Positions 1 to 13,370 of a stretch of 64,000 nucleotides of DNA are shown piece after piece. The stretch lies in NCBI RefSeq assembly GCF_006345805.1, contig NC_043018.1, positions 13,330,001 to 13,394,000 on the forward strand. Reading direction: 5' to 3'. The position numbers and the translations under genes were made by a program. Below the pieces are notes generated by a model that saw only the letters and a list, made by a program, of their open reading frames with translations, ran no database searches and was not told the origin of the DNA. This DNA is from Octopus sinensis. Lineage: Eukaryota. The stretch's first letter is position 1. Each line of letters opens with the position of its first letter.

Positions 1-254
1 ATAAACAATCCTACCATTGAAATCTCAAGGCTACAAGATAATGCATAATTAATTCAAAACAATTTGAATAAATAAGCATTGCATTTGACAGAGTAATTTA
101 AATACTAAAGGATTAAATGGTTTAATATTAACAAAAGTCTTCCCTCTCCCTCTCTCTTCTTCCATTCTAGATCAAGTCCTAAACCTTCTCTGTTTTTCTT
201 TTTATGATTTTTTAAAACAAAAATTAAATGAGAAATTCTTTTCTTTTATTACAG

Positions 255-395
255 ACACTCAGTGGTGGTTTGTATTCCCTTGTTGAGCCACATGTTTGAC
301 AAACTTCCCAGCAAACTCCAAAGTGGCCACCACATCAATGTCTCCACATCTTACTTCAATGTTGGAATCAATGAACTTGCTACCTTAGCAGAAAA
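255..395 (+). CDS. INPP4: Inositol polyphosphate 4-phosphatase (INPP4A/B-like), internal exon (gene starts upstream of window)
   Basis: Acceptor ttattacag|A at 254/255 and donor AA|gtaag at 395/396. Translates HSVVVCIPLLSHMFDKLPSKLQSGHHINVSTSYFNVGINELATLAEK, resembling the FNVGINEQQTLAE segment of INPP4A. Confidence 0.9.
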
Positions 396-1296
396 GTAAG
401 AATCCTTGTCTGTTTTCTGGTTTTGGGGTTTTGGTTTTGATTTGAAGAACAACAGTCACAAAGTTGTAAAACTGTTGGTGTTGGCAAAAGTATCGCATGT
501 ACCATGGAAAGTTGTGTGACAGTGTGTGTGTGTTTGGATGTTGTGAGTAGGTGTACAGTGTGTGATTCCTACATGATGCTGCTTATATTCCATGTAATTA
601 CTACATGGTATTGTGTAGCTTGCTAAAATTTGAAAGCATTTGTTTAACCCCAGGCCAATTCTGACCAATTAGACTTATGATCAACAGCATGCCAACTTTG
701 ACCATCCTGTCTTTATTCACATATGAAGAAGGCTTGTTGGAATTCATTGGTCAATGCATTCTTCTTGGCTTTTTTTTAAATGGCAGGTTGTGATTTAAAT
801 GAGATTTAGCTGCTGTTTTTAACAAGTCAAATGGCAATGTATGAGTGGGTGCTGAAAAATGGTCCCTCAGTTATTCTAAGCCCTGTAAAAGAACTCAGAT
901 GGTTGGGCCCCTCCAACCAGGCCTTTTGCGATACCCTTAAAGCCAGGGATTTTTCAGCACCCCTCATGGATGCCACTATCCTTGGTTGCTTCTTCAGCTA
1001 AATGAAGGGGGTTGTGTGGTACCTTGTTGGCTCAATTACAAAAATGTGATTACCACATGTCAAGGGACCCGTACAGTTACTAATTGTTGACAATGTTTAT
1101 AGGAAACAGTAAGCAAACCTCAATGTTTGACCTACTTTGAAATATCTATGTTTGTAAAAAGCATGACACATTGATAATTATAATCTAATATATACAATTC
1201 CTAAGAGAAGGATGATGGGGGGGACAGTCATGCTTGGAACGCTTTTGATCATGGCACTATTCTGTAATGGTATTCTTGCTCCATGTGTCTCTGTAG

Positions 1297-1394
1297 ATTT
1301 GGAAGTACTGCCCTCCAAGATGATATTAATAAAATGGGTTTCAAAAAGATGAATGACTACTTTGAGGCTTACAGCAAGGCTTGTGGAGATCCAG
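1297..1394 (+). CDS. INPP4: INPP4-like internal exon
   Basis: ctgtag|A acceptor and CCAG|gtaaga donor. Phase matches the flanking exons. Translates FGSTALQDDINKMGFKKMNDYFEAYSKACGDP (compare FGDTSLQEVIN of INPP4A). Confidence 0.9.
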
Positions 1395-1519
1395 GTAAGA
1401 AGAAGAACCCTAAATCAATGAATTAACAGCCGATTTGGGATTGATGTTATTTAATTAATTTATTGTGTGTGAGCGTGCACATATGTGTGTGTGTGTATAT
1501 ATATATATAAAATTGGGAA

Positions 1520-1818
1520 GCAGTTGCCAGCAACCGTGGTGAATGGCGACGTACCGTAAAAGAGGGAACACAAAGGAGTGACAGAGAGAGAGAGAGAGAG
1601 GAGAAATGGAAAGACAAGAAAAGACGTCAACAAGAAAGTATGACATTAGAACCAGCCAGGCAAAGTCTTCACTACATTTGCGGCACCTGCCAGAGGGAGT
1701 GTTTGTCCAGTATAAGACTACACAGCCACAGCAGGAAATGTATTAGGACATGAATTGTAAAAGCCGGACTAGATTATTTTATGTGCAACTCCATTGTCTC
1801 CTGAGACAAAAAGGATGC

Positions 1819-1830
<12 letters not shown>
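1520..1830 (+). mobile_element. RTE-type LINE 3' end fragment
   Basis: Highly similar second copy at about 9830-10110. Contains a Cys/His-like end (CGTCQRECLSSIRLHSHSRKC) and a simple-repeat tail. Confidence 0.55.
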
Positions 1831-1871
<41 letters not shown>

Positions 1872-2339
1872 TACGCATACAGAGTTCACCAAAAAGTGTA
1901 TACACACTTCAGGAAAGGACAAATCTGTATAAATATTTAACTTGTATTAGTACTTCTATAAATATAGAATCCACTTTCGATGTTTTATCAAATTACAATA
2001 ACACTGAATTAGAATAGTTATACAGATTTTCTTCCTTTCCTGAAGTATATATACATTACTTTGGTGGACTGTGCGTGCATATGTGTGTGTGTGTGTGTGT
2101 GTGTATACACACATACATACATGATTGTAAACAAACATCACTGTCATACAAGCAGTGTTATTTGTCTCTAGTTTTGGATTAAACATTATGATATCATGAC
2201 CAACTCTCCATGTGTGTGTGTGTGTATATGTACATATATTCATGTCTATATATCTAGCTCTCCTGTGTGACCCCTCTGTCCAGCATTCGCCATGATAGAT
2301 CACTAGCCACTACACATTCTTTATTTTCTCTCCTTGTTT

Positions 2340-2375
2340 CTTTCTGTAGAAGAGCCTAGGCTCGAAACATTAAAG
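2340..2375 (+). ncRNA. Degenerate minimal hammerhead-like motif
   Basis: CTTT-CTGTAGA-A-GAGC-CTAG-GCTC-GAAACAT-T-AAAG, with core and helix III substitutions. Confidence 0.45.
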
Positions 2376-3212
2376 ACTTTTTCACTTCCTGAGCATTAAA
2401 CTAATACATCTGTTTGTTGTCTACACCACCTGTCTTCGTCTTTTGTTCTTTTTTGTGAATTCTCCCTATCTATATATAAATAGAGTTAGCGGTTGTAGTA
2501 ACCGACTAAGGGATAAAATATCCTTATGTCCTATCAGTATCCTTTACCTGTGTTATCTCCAGGGGCAATGGTGTGCAGAGACACCATATACGTTAAGCAC
2601 AGGTGACAATAGGATAAACCAAAGTTTATCAGGAACCAATGCAAATAATCAGAAAACGGAGATAAACATAGATTAACCAGTGCACCGATTAACATAGATT
2701 AATATAGATTAACCAGTTCACCGAGAGGCCCACATTTAAAACTTGTTTGAGTGTTCTTAGGAGTAATTGGTATGTCCTTTAGGGATAAGGCAATCATAAT
2801 TTTCTCCATTTTACCAATAGTATTCATTTTACTACTAATTGGAAGTATCAGTATATGTTTATATATATATATATATATAAATTAGAGAAAAACCACTATT
2901 ATGTCATTCAAACAATGATTGACATAAACCAAATCATAAAGAAAAAATAAAATATATTTTAAAACATAACTAGATCACAAAAAGTACAAAAAATGAATAA
3001 ACAATATATAATAAGTAAAAAGACTATGTACGTTTCATGGCTATATTGAATTTTTCCCTGTAAGTTTGGAGTTATACTCCCTAATATTATTATTATATAT
3101 TTGTATATATATTAATCGTCTATGGACCAAGTAAACAGTAATATGGGGACATTATATATATACACATAAATATAGGCATACATACTTACACACATATATA
3201 TGCATACATGTA

Positions 3213-3245
<33 letters not shown>

Positions 3246-3349
3246 TGGTGCTTCCCTATATTACCTGCACCCCCCCACTATCTCTCCCTCTCTTTCACTG
3301 GTGGAACCTTTCTCAGCTGGACCCCCCCCCAACTCAACTCTAGAAAAGC

Positions 3350-3580
3350 TCGAACCGATCGTGACCGATGCCGGACCCCCCGGCCCCTGTGCCGGTGGCA
3401 CGTAAAAAGCACCCACTCCACTCGCGGAGTGGTTGGCGTTAGGAAGGGCATCCAGCCGTAGAAACTCTGCCAGATCAGACTGGAGCCTGGAGCGGCCCCT
3501 GGCTTCCCAGACCCCGGTCAAACCGTCCAACCCGTGCTAGCACGGAAAACGGACGTTAAACGATGATGATGATGATGATA
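3350..3580 (+). mobile_element. Short retroposon with RTE-like 3' tail (GGACGTTAAAC(GAT)n)
   Basis: Similar copy at about 4150-4390, and both end in a (GAT)n tail. Confidence 0.65.
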
Positions 3581-3928
3581 TATATATATATATATATACA
3601 CACACACGAGGTGTTCTGAAATTAAGACACCCAAAGTTTTTCTAAGCCCTGTAAAAGAAGAGTTCAGAAGGTTGGGCTTTCAACCGGGTCGTTTGTGATA
3701 CCCTGAAAGCCAGGAAGATTTTCACCACCCACTCATATTCATATAAAACAAAGCATACAGATATATGTATATACACACACACATATATATATACATACAA
3801 ATATGTATTCACACTCACACTGAACATGAAGCTGTTGGAGCACATAACTTTTGTTTTAATTATCTATATCTGTCATAATTAATTAACTAGTTAATTAATT
3901 TCTGTTTCTTTTTTTTTCAACTTTAAAG

Positions 3929-4044
3929 ACAGTGATCTGAGTGGTACAGTGGCTGGCAGAACAACAGAACTGATCCGGCAATTACAGTACAACGTGTTGT
4001 CAAAGAAGAGTAAGAATGTGGACATCTTACATATTTCTTCTGAG
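3929..4044 (+). CDS. INPP4: INPP4-like internal exon
   Basis: ctttaaag|AC acceptor and GAG|gtgagt donor. Translates DSDLSGTVAGRTTELIRQLQYNVLSKKSKNVDILHISSE (compare KNKNVDIL). Confidence 0.9.
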
Positions 4045-4852
4045 GTGAGTCATCTTCATCATGGCAGATTTTTCATGGTTTAAGAATAGCATATTTATTT
4101 ACCAGTAGCATGTGACCTGCTGTGCTTGAGGAGACCAATTGAGTCATGTACATCAACATCAAAATAATTATCAAATGGAAATTGTAGTTGTGATACCTCT
4201 GCTGGTGACACATAAAAAGCACCCACTACACTCACGGAGTTGTTGGCATTAGGAAGGGCATCCAGCTGTAGAAACACTGCCTGATCAGACTGGAGCCTGG
4301 TGCGGCCTCCTAACTTCCCAGACCCCAGTCGAACCGTCCAACCCATGCTAGCACGGAAAACGGACGTTAAACGACGATGATGATGATGTATTGAAGGGCT
4401 TTAGCATTGAGATTATTCTGTCCAAAGCAATCTTATTTATTCACATTGTTTTGACTTCCATGATGCATTATCTTGTAACTATGAGATTTTGAAGAGATAA
4501 CTGTTTACGTTTTAGATTGCCATTGTAGGGTTGGTGTGAGAGGCCAGATATGGCCAGTTTGAACATAAAACAGGTAGAATACACTTGGCCAGATATTGTT
4601 GGTTAAAATGCTGAAGGGATCAAAAACTAAAGTATTAGAGACTAACGAATCAGAGAACATACACACCTGTACAAGTACACCTGCTTCTGCTGCATCAGGT
4701 GGTGAGCTGGCAGGGAAAATGCTTAGTGGCATTTCTTCTGGCTGCTTATGTTCTGAGTTCAAATCCTGCTGTGATCAACTTTTCCTTTAATCCCTTTAGG
4801 GGTCAATAAAATGAATTAGCAGATTTGGTAGACGGAAACTGAAAGAAGCCCG

Positions 4853-4897
<45 letters not shown>

Positions 4898-5776
4898 AGT
4901 GTGTGTGTGTATATGTTTGTGTGTCTGTGTTTGTCCCCACCAACATCGCTTGACAACCGATGATGATGATGTGTTTACGTCCCCGTAACTTAGCGGTTCG
5001 GCAAAAGAGACTGATAGATTAAGTACTAGGCTTAGAAAGAATAAGTCCTGGGGTTGATTTGCTTGACTAAAGGTGGTGCTCCAGCATGGCCACAGTGACA
5101 TGACTGAAACAAGTTAAAGAGTTATATATAACAGATTATCATATGTTGTGTAATAATACTTAATTTACAAGGTTAGTAATACTACTAGTAGTAGTAGTAG
5201 TAATGGTGGTGGTGGTAGTAACTATTGTTGTTGCTTAGCTCCATGTCAGACCTGATCAAGCAGGCCTATGACAGTTAAAGGAGCTCCAGATGTGGCCTTC
5301 ATTTCATTATATATAGTGAACTACATTGTAGAATGTATTATTTTAGTCAAGATGTGTGACTGATTTGGAAGATTAGTCGGCTGTTTTTCTCTTCTCCAAT
5401 CACAGGGAAATTCTACTGTGTTTTGTGTGTGTTTAAAAAAGAGCAAAAGAAAAACCAACCTGATTTGAGGAAACCTCTATGTGGTCATCCAGTCTGCTAG
5501 AAATAGCAGCAAAATCATCCAAAATCACAGCCTACTGTCTTACAAAAAAATAGAGACATTGCATCATGTAATTCTGAGTAGAGAAGAGACTGAACAGTGA
5601 TGGCAGGAATACTTTTGATCAAAGGTTTGCTCAATGAGGGTTGACCTGGGGCTAAATGACAACTTCTATGCTCCCCCTCCCTCCCTCCTGTGATTTCTTG
5701 CTTCCTTTGACCTCTGTACTTCCTCCATACTTCCTTTGACCTTCCATCCTTAATTTTTTAATTGTCTTTTATTCAG

Positions 5777-5931
5777 ATCACTCGCAAGTTAAACGGAGTG
5801 CGCTTCATTTGCTGTAAGAGCGGTAAAGATCGGACCAGCATGTCAGCCACCCTGGAACAGGTTCAACTCCTGCAACGGGAACACAACCTTGCTCCCCATG
5901 TGTTTATGCAAGCTTTGGACTGCTTCCGAAG
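5777..5931 (+). CDS. INPP4: INPP4-like exon with catalytic C(X)5R motif
   Basis: attcag|ATC acceptor and AG|gtcagt donor. Translates [51 protein letters not shown]. Confidence 0.95.
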
Positions 5932-6924
5932 GTCAGTTGAAAACAGTAGTCTTCTACATTAAAGGATGCGTTTATTTAAAGACATGGCTGGCTGAGTGTT
6001 TACGAGTGGTTCAGTATGGTGGGCTGTATGTGCTGTAGTGTGTTGCTGTTGTGGTACTGTAGTATGCAGTAGTTTGGTGTAATGTATGTGTGGGGGTTTG
6101 GTGTATTTTGGTGTGGTTATATGTGAAGTGTGGTTTATGTGGGTGTTGTGTGTATTTATGTGTACCTGTCTACCTGCCTGTTTACCTGTCTACCTGTATG
6201 TCTGCCCACATTATTGAGAGTTAACCAATCAAAGCACTGGGTCGCTGATCATGAAACACCATCTTTGATGGCCAGGACATGTAGCAAGAATGGCAGCGTC
6301 AAGGTTCCCATGCCAAGTCTTATTCCCAGTGAGCTCACTTCAGGGAAAGGGCCATGGGGTTGTCCTCTTTGAATTTACAAGGCCCAACTCAAAACAACGT
6401 TGAAAGCCACTGGACTCGAGCCTAAATCATTTCCCAAACTTCAAAACCATCAAAAGAGAATAGAAAGAAGTGAAATAAGAGGGAAGAAAGGCTCAACAAA
6501 ACCGTTGTCGTCCTCCGTCAACATTGCCCTGCCATCGACTCTTCTGTGTTGGAATTCTTGCTGCGGAGTCATCAACGTTGTCACCATAACGGAGGAAGTG
6601 TTCGGCAAAGAAGAAATGAAATTCTTGGATGCCAGATAAAGCCACTTTCGAGTGGATGTATTGAATTGAATGAAGCTAGTAATGCTGGCATGGATGAGGA
6701 CCCATGGTGAATGCAGATTGATTAAGAGTCCAGTGTACCATGAAATGTCAGGGAGACGAAAGATGAGGCTGCAAAAGCATGTGTCTGTGTGGGATGTGGT
6801 CCTTTTTGTTGTCAAATGTAAATTGATTGGGCACATTTCTACCCCCCCCCCAGTCATCTAAATCTCCCCCTTTTTCTTTTCTTTATTTATTTACTTAATG
6901 TTTTTATTTCTTTCTGATCCTCAG

Positions 6925-7051
6925 CGAAGGGACCCGGCGAGAGAACACTCTGAAGAACGTTGGTGTGCGGAAGTACAATTTCAATTCATTACAGATGCTT
7001 TCAATCCCCAGGTTGTACAGGGCACCGAGAGGGACTTATGGAAATACTTAA
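6925..7051 (+). CDS. INPP4: INPP4-like terminal coding exon
   Basis: cctcag|C acceptor. Translates (S)[41 protein letters not shown] then TAA at 7049-7051, resembling the INPP4A C-terminus. Confidence 0.93.
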
Positions 7052-7198
7052 TGGAAAGGAAAATCCTCAATAAATATTGTCTGAATATACGTGCATTGTA
7101 CGCACATGTATTAATATGTATGTAGGTGTGTGTTTGTATGTGTGTGTGTATATGTATGCATGTATACTTATGTACTTGTATGCACACACACACACATG

Positions 7199-7229
<31 letters not shown>

Positions 7230-7254
7230 ATCTATATGTGTATATGTATGTATG

Positions 7255-7293
<39 letters not shown>

Positions 7294-7555
7294 GTATGTG
7301 TGTGTGTTTAAATGTGCAAGTACAAAATATATAATGTGTACTGAATGAACAATGTTTCTTCATGAGAAATTCCTGGCAGAGAAGCACACAGATTCCACCA
7401 CATTTTTCCAATTGTTTGATTTCTAAGTGTTTTAAAGAATTCGTTTTTGTTTCCATTCTTTGAAGTCCACTGCTGAGTTATGTCTTAGAATGGTTTTATT
7501 TATCATTAGGAATAATTAGATATCATCTACATACATGCACACTCACATGCTACAA

Positions 7556-7561
7556 AATAAA
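7556..7561 (+). promoter_or_regulatory. Candidate polyadenylation signal of INPP4-like gene
   Basis: AATAAA about 500 nt after the stop codon. Position only, no transcript evidence. Confidence 0.35.
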
Positions 7562-9399
7562 AAAATGTGTAATTTATGCAAGATTTTCCATTAATTGCAA
7601 TTTAAAAAGAAGAAAGAAATTTCATGTTCAAAAGCCGTTTCATTTCATGTTTATTTAACAATCTTCCATCTTTTTTTTCGCTTGTTTCTGTCATTTGACT
7701 GTGACCTTGACGGGGCACTGCCTTGAAGGATTTTAGCCACACAAATCGACCCCAGGACTTATTTTTTAAACATTGTGCTCTTTTGCCAAAACATTAGGTT
7801 ATGAGGACATAAACACACCAATATTGGTCGACAAGCAATGGCGTGCAGCAAATGCACACACACACACACTGGTTGGTTTGAGGCTAAGGCTATAGAAGAA
7901 GACACTTGTCCAAGGTACCACATGGTGGGACTGAACCTGGAACCATGTGGTTAGGAAATGAGCTTCTTACCATGTAGCCAATGGATAGAGATTTTGAATT
8001 TTACGGAGCATCCGGGACATTATATACCTACCCACTTCTACAGTGTAAATGAGACATTTGCTGCGGGTACGACGTGTTAACCCTTTAGCATTTAAATTAT
8101 CCCAAAAGATTCTGCCTGTTTTGGGCCCGATCGGATCTAGCATCCACCCTTCAATGGCTAAAATAAAAAGGAAACAGTCACAACATCAAAATCTTGAAGC
8201 TATGCAATATACTATCTTTTACCTTTCAATCATTAGACTGCGGCCATGCTGGGGCACTGTCTTGAAGAATTATAGAAGAATGTATCGACCCCAATACTCT
8301 TTTTTTAAAGCCTGGTGCTTATTCTATCAGTTCCTTTTTCTGAACTGCTAAGTGACAGGGATGTAAACACACAAACACCAGTTGTGGGTGGTGGGGACTA
8401 ATAGAGATACAAAGATATACACACATAGATACATGCATATATATATATATATGACAGGCTTTTTCAGTTTCCATCTAGCATATCCACTCACAAGGCTTTA
8501 GTCGGCTGTGCCCAAGGTGCCACACAGTGGGACTGAACCCAGAACCGTGTGGGTAGAAAAACTTTTTACCACACAGCCAAGCCTTTACTGTTTCTTTCAA
8601 AATGATTTAATTTGACAATAATCCAAATTCTAAAGGGTGAAACCAACATTATTGAATTAACCAAATACATCCAAAGTACTGCACTTGTTGAATTAAGAAT
8701 AACAGAAGTGAAACATGGTGTTTTTAATAACTTACCTTACGTGGAGAGACACTGTGAGACATATATACACTCATACATTCATAGACAGATACACAGTCCT
8801 ATACAAAATGTCACATCGTCGTCGTTGTGGTTAGAATTAAAAGTGTAAAAATGAAACAGTATATCACAATGCAATATAGATGTCATTCTTTCACTTTTAT
8901 TCTTTGAGTTTTGATGCGTAATACGGAACCGGTGCCAATGTTGCATTGTTTTAATTCCCCCCAAATTACATGTTGGCCTCGTTGATTTGCTAAGTTGGAA
9001 CTATTTATACTGATACAAATAACCGGTAGACCACATATCTAATTCTACCACAATGGACACAAACAAACAGTTGTTGAGCCAAATGAGGAAGCTACTGTGC
9101 TGTGACTTGAACTGCTAGGAATAACAGTCAAATTTCTCTCAAATCACATATTAAAATCTTAAAGAGAAATAAGGATCAGTTGGAAATTGTAGTTTTAGAT
9201 TAAACTGGCTGATGAAAATGTCAGAATGGTCAGGCTGGAACATTGGTTAGCTTGATCAGGGCTGACCAGGGGCTAAACAATGAGGCAGGAAATCAGCTGA
9301 ATTGGATAGTTTATTTTTGTGAGTTTTGAGTAAATTGTTTAGAATAACTTCTTTGTTTAGCTGAAACGGTTAGAATGGAACAGTAAAACGACAGAGAAG

Positions 9400-11290
9400 C
9401 AAAAAGAAAGAGAGAAGCAGTAAGAAAAAGGTCTGCCAGTGTTCTATGGCCTGAAAATCAGAGGTATGAGGTATTCCACATTGCAAGGCAGTGTATCAGG
9501 AAAGTTCTAAGATGTTGTGGAAGAGAAGTGTGTATGGTAGGATAATGGTAGACTTACACCTAGTGATTCTGAAAAGAAAGAGGCATGGGGGGGGGGGAGA
9601 TGTGGCGAATGAATGAGAGAAAAAGTCTTCCTAATGTGAAGGGTCCGGCCCTTTTTGTTGAGAGCAGTATGACGGACAAAGCTATTAAGGATATGAAAAC
9701 AGGTAAGTCACTGGTCCATCAGGAATTACTTTTAGATGCTTAAAATATCTGAAGTAGGTTATGGGCTAAACCGCCTTGGCAAGAGAGGCCACAGTTGGCC
9801 ATGAGGCGGTTGGGAGGCAGTTGCCATCAACCGTGGAGAATGGCGACGTACCGTAAAAGAGGGAATACAAAAGAGTGACAGAGAGAGAGAGGAGAAATGG
9901 AAAGAAAGGAAGAGACGTAAACAAGAGACCATGGCACTACAACCAGCCAGGAACAGTCTTCGCTACATTTGCAGTACCTGCCAGAGGGAGTGTTTGTCCA
10001 GGATAGGACTACACAGCCACAGCAGGAAATGTATCAGGACATGAAATATAAAAGCCGGACTGGACTATTTTATGCGCAACTCCATTGTCTCCCGAGACAG
10101 AAAGGATGCCAATACAATACAATAAGAAGATATCATAGCCAAAGTGTAGCGGTGTAATAGCCACCTGTTACAAGGTGCCCTCGAGAGAAGTAATTACAGA
10201 AGTACCAAATGAGCAGGTCACGAAAGTCTTCAAGGATTTTCATGACAGCTCAATTAATTAGGAAGAGATCTTGCCTAGATGAGATGCAATTTTGGTTTTG
10301 TGCTGTGTATTCCTGAGTCTCTCTACTAAGACAACTGGCCGGAGATGTATTAAGCAAAAAGTAAACCTCTGTACGTAGCATTCATTAATCTGGAGAAAAC
10401 TTTGACAGATCCTTGGTTTCGTGTCTGGAGACGACGAATAGTTAGTGATGCTGTCTGTAAGTACAGCAATGGATTTAGTGTAGAGGTAAGAGTTCACTAG
10501 GGTTCAGTTATCAGTCCCCTCCTATTTATCATAGTGCCCCAGGCCATAACAGAATTTAAGACTGATTCCATGGGAACTCCTCTATGCTGATCATCTTGTT
10601 CTTATAGCTGAAACCGCAGTAAAATTGGCGATGAAATTCCAGGTGGAGAAGCTAAGACTTAAGTTTTAGTGAACAAGAATACAGGCAGGATGCTAATCCC
10701 TCCAGGTAAATGACCCCGTTCTATATATAGAAAAGATATTGGTATTCAGTGCAAACTATGAATGCCTAAGAAATGCAGAGGAATTACAGGAAGGCTAGCA
10801 GAGAAAAGAGACTTTGCGACAGATGCATAGGTGCCAGAAACACTATGAGTATACGGAAAATGTTTTTGGAAAACTCAAGAGGCTGTTGAGAGGTATTAGA
10901 GAATGAGCTGTGGAGGTCTAGTTGCCAGAGTGAGAACTGGTTGGAGATAGTTCAGAGAACCGATGTTGTGAACGAAAGATTTCTCTTTCTCAGAGTGAAA
11001 GTCAGATTGTATGACACTTGAATACAAACAGCCAAACTACATGGTTGTGAAACAAGAAAGAAATAAAACTTACATGCTTTGCTGCATAATCGACGTCGCT
11101 GTGCAAGAGAAGACTGCGCTGGTATGGTCATGTGATGATGGTGGATGAGGAGAGCTGTTATAAAGAAGTGCCGGTCATTAAACATGAACGGAACTTGTGG
11201 AAGAGAGACTTAGGAAGATAAAGTAGAGAAAACCGATCTCAAGATAATCCTCACAATGACAAGGTACCGAGATGAATGACAATGTACTGC
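9400..11290 (+). mobile_element. Decayed RTE/BovB-like LINE (RT fragments), interrupted by another RTE 3' end
   Basis: Frameshifted RT segments around 10497-10610 (GSVISPLLFII...WELLYADHLVLIAE) and a 3' segment resembling LRWYGHV. Confidence 0.7.
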
Positions 11291-12169
11291 ACTCAACAAA
11301 ACCCATCCATTTGCAAAACTGAGTTGCTGTCAAACCTCTCTGCACAACTTACCTTCTGACATCCATCCCACCTTCACTCTTCTAATTGATTACAACTACT
11401 CACTCAGATGCTGTACACTTCACATTGTATCCCTATTACTGTCCCTTATCACTCCCTCCTTGATCCACTTCGATTTTTTTTTCACTCCTCCCCTCCCAAA
11501 CTGACATTTACTGTGTCTACAACCCCACGTCTCAAATCGTCTTGCGAACTTACCTACCCACCCATCTCTCTCATAGTCCCTTTGTATCTTGAGGCGATGC
11601 TCTCCCCATCTCTCTCCATTTTCATTTGAGGAAGTCATGTATCTCCTCTTCAACAAGATGCCCTTCCTCTCCTATCACCTTTCACTTTCTTCAATACTAT
11701 ACTCCACTCAGTTAAGGACATCATCAGCACCGTCATCAGGAAAAGTGTAACCAGTACAATTTGTCTCACATCAACGTCACTCAATTTTTGGCAGTTACAA
11801 TTTTGTACCTTGTGCCGTTACAACGACCGTTTTTGTGATCAAGATTTCTGAGTAACATTATTGGTGCTCCAGTTTTTACTTTAATCTCATGCGGAGGAAG
11901 GCCACTGATAGAATTTCTTCTCTTCTTTCCAGGGATAAATTCTCTTGGGCCGTGCGATGTTGTTCAGCATTTTGATGCAAAATTTCTCTTCTTTCCTGTG
12001 ATGTTCTTTTGCTACAGCAGAGTCCAAGATCAATTTTTGTCAAGCAGCTTCACTCTGCAAGCTTTAGCATCGTTACTATAGCTACAGTCCGGATATTTAT
12101 TGATCAGACTACGTCTGCACACAACTATGTGTGTATAAGATGTATATACTTATATATAGACAGGATATA

Positions 12170-12821
12170 TATATATATATATATATTTTATTTTATTTTC
12201 TCTCCAAGGTGCCACGCAGTGGGACTGAACCCGGAACCATGTGGTTGGTAAACAAGCTACTTACCACACAGCCACTCCTACGCCTATATATATATGCGTG
12301 GCACCTTGGGCAAGTGTCTTCTACTATAGCCTCGGGCCGACAAAGCCTTGTGAGTGGATTTGGTAGACGAAACTGAAAGAAGCCCATTGTATATATATAT
12401 ATATGCGTGGGTGTGTTTGTGTGTCTGTGTTTGTCCTCCTAGCATTGCTTGACAACCGATGCTGTGTGTTTATGTCCCCGATACTTATATATATATATAT
12501 ATATATAATATATATATATATTTTATTTTATTTTCTCTCCAAGGTGCCACGCAGTGGGACTGAACCCGGAACCATGTGGTTGGTAAACAAGCTACTTACC
12601 ACACAGCCACTCCTACGCCTATATATATATGCGTGGCACCTTGGGCAAGTGTCTTCTACTATAGCCTCGGGCCGACCAAAGCCTTGTGAGTGGATTTGGT
12701 AGACGGAAACTGAAAGAAGCCCATTGTATATATATATATATGCGTGGGTGTGTTTGTGTGTCTGTGTTTGTCCTCCTAGCATTGCTTGACAACCGATGCT
12801 GGTGTGTTTATGTCCCCGATA

Positions 12822-12860
<39 letters not shown>
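12170..12860. repeat. Tandem duplication (period about 335 bp) of a head-to-head SINE pair
   Basis: CCAAGGTGCCACGC starts at 12204 and 12539, and the two units are nearly identical. Confidence 0.85.
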
Positions 12861-12863
<3 letters not shown>

Positions 12864-12989
12864 CAAAATGAGACAAGAATACAAAACATCCAAATAGACG
12901 ATACAAAAAACAAGGACGGGTCATTCGAAGCCTCTAATCTGCAGTCAAGAACCGGATCATCCTCGCAATTTCGGCTGATATCAATCTAT

Positions 12990-13370
12990 CTATCTATATA
13001 AAACTTAGGCTTCTCAAAACCAGAAAGGAGAAAGCTAATTCGAAGACTACAAATCCAATCCATCACTGGAACTGTAAAAATCTGTAAAACTTCCCAAAAG
13101 TTTATCATTTAAATATATATGAGCATGTCTAGATATGCAACTCTATGCATGAGAATGCATATAAGCAGGTATTTAGTATCTATCTCCTGTTTGTGGATAG
13201 CGAATGCATATAAGAAAGCATACAAATCTACATACAAACAAAAATACCTTGTTGTTGTTGATGTTGAAGTTCCAATGAAGGAACCTTAAATCTAGGTTAG
13301 AAACCGGTTCTTTCTCTTTTGGCAAGAAATCTTGAAATAAAACTGAACAATGACACACACACACACATAT
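12990..13370 (+). mobile_element. RLE-type LINE 3' end (inverted partner at about 15090-15450)
   Basis: Shared KRKLxRRLQIQSxTGTVxICKTF segment and 3' UTR on opposite strands. Confidence 0.65.

Noticed and set aside
5777-5931. Horizontal transfer of a SopB/IpgD-like bacterial phosphatase, suggested by CKSGKDR
   Set aside because: The flanking exons align with the animal INPP4 C-terminus and are separated by canonical spliceosomal introns.
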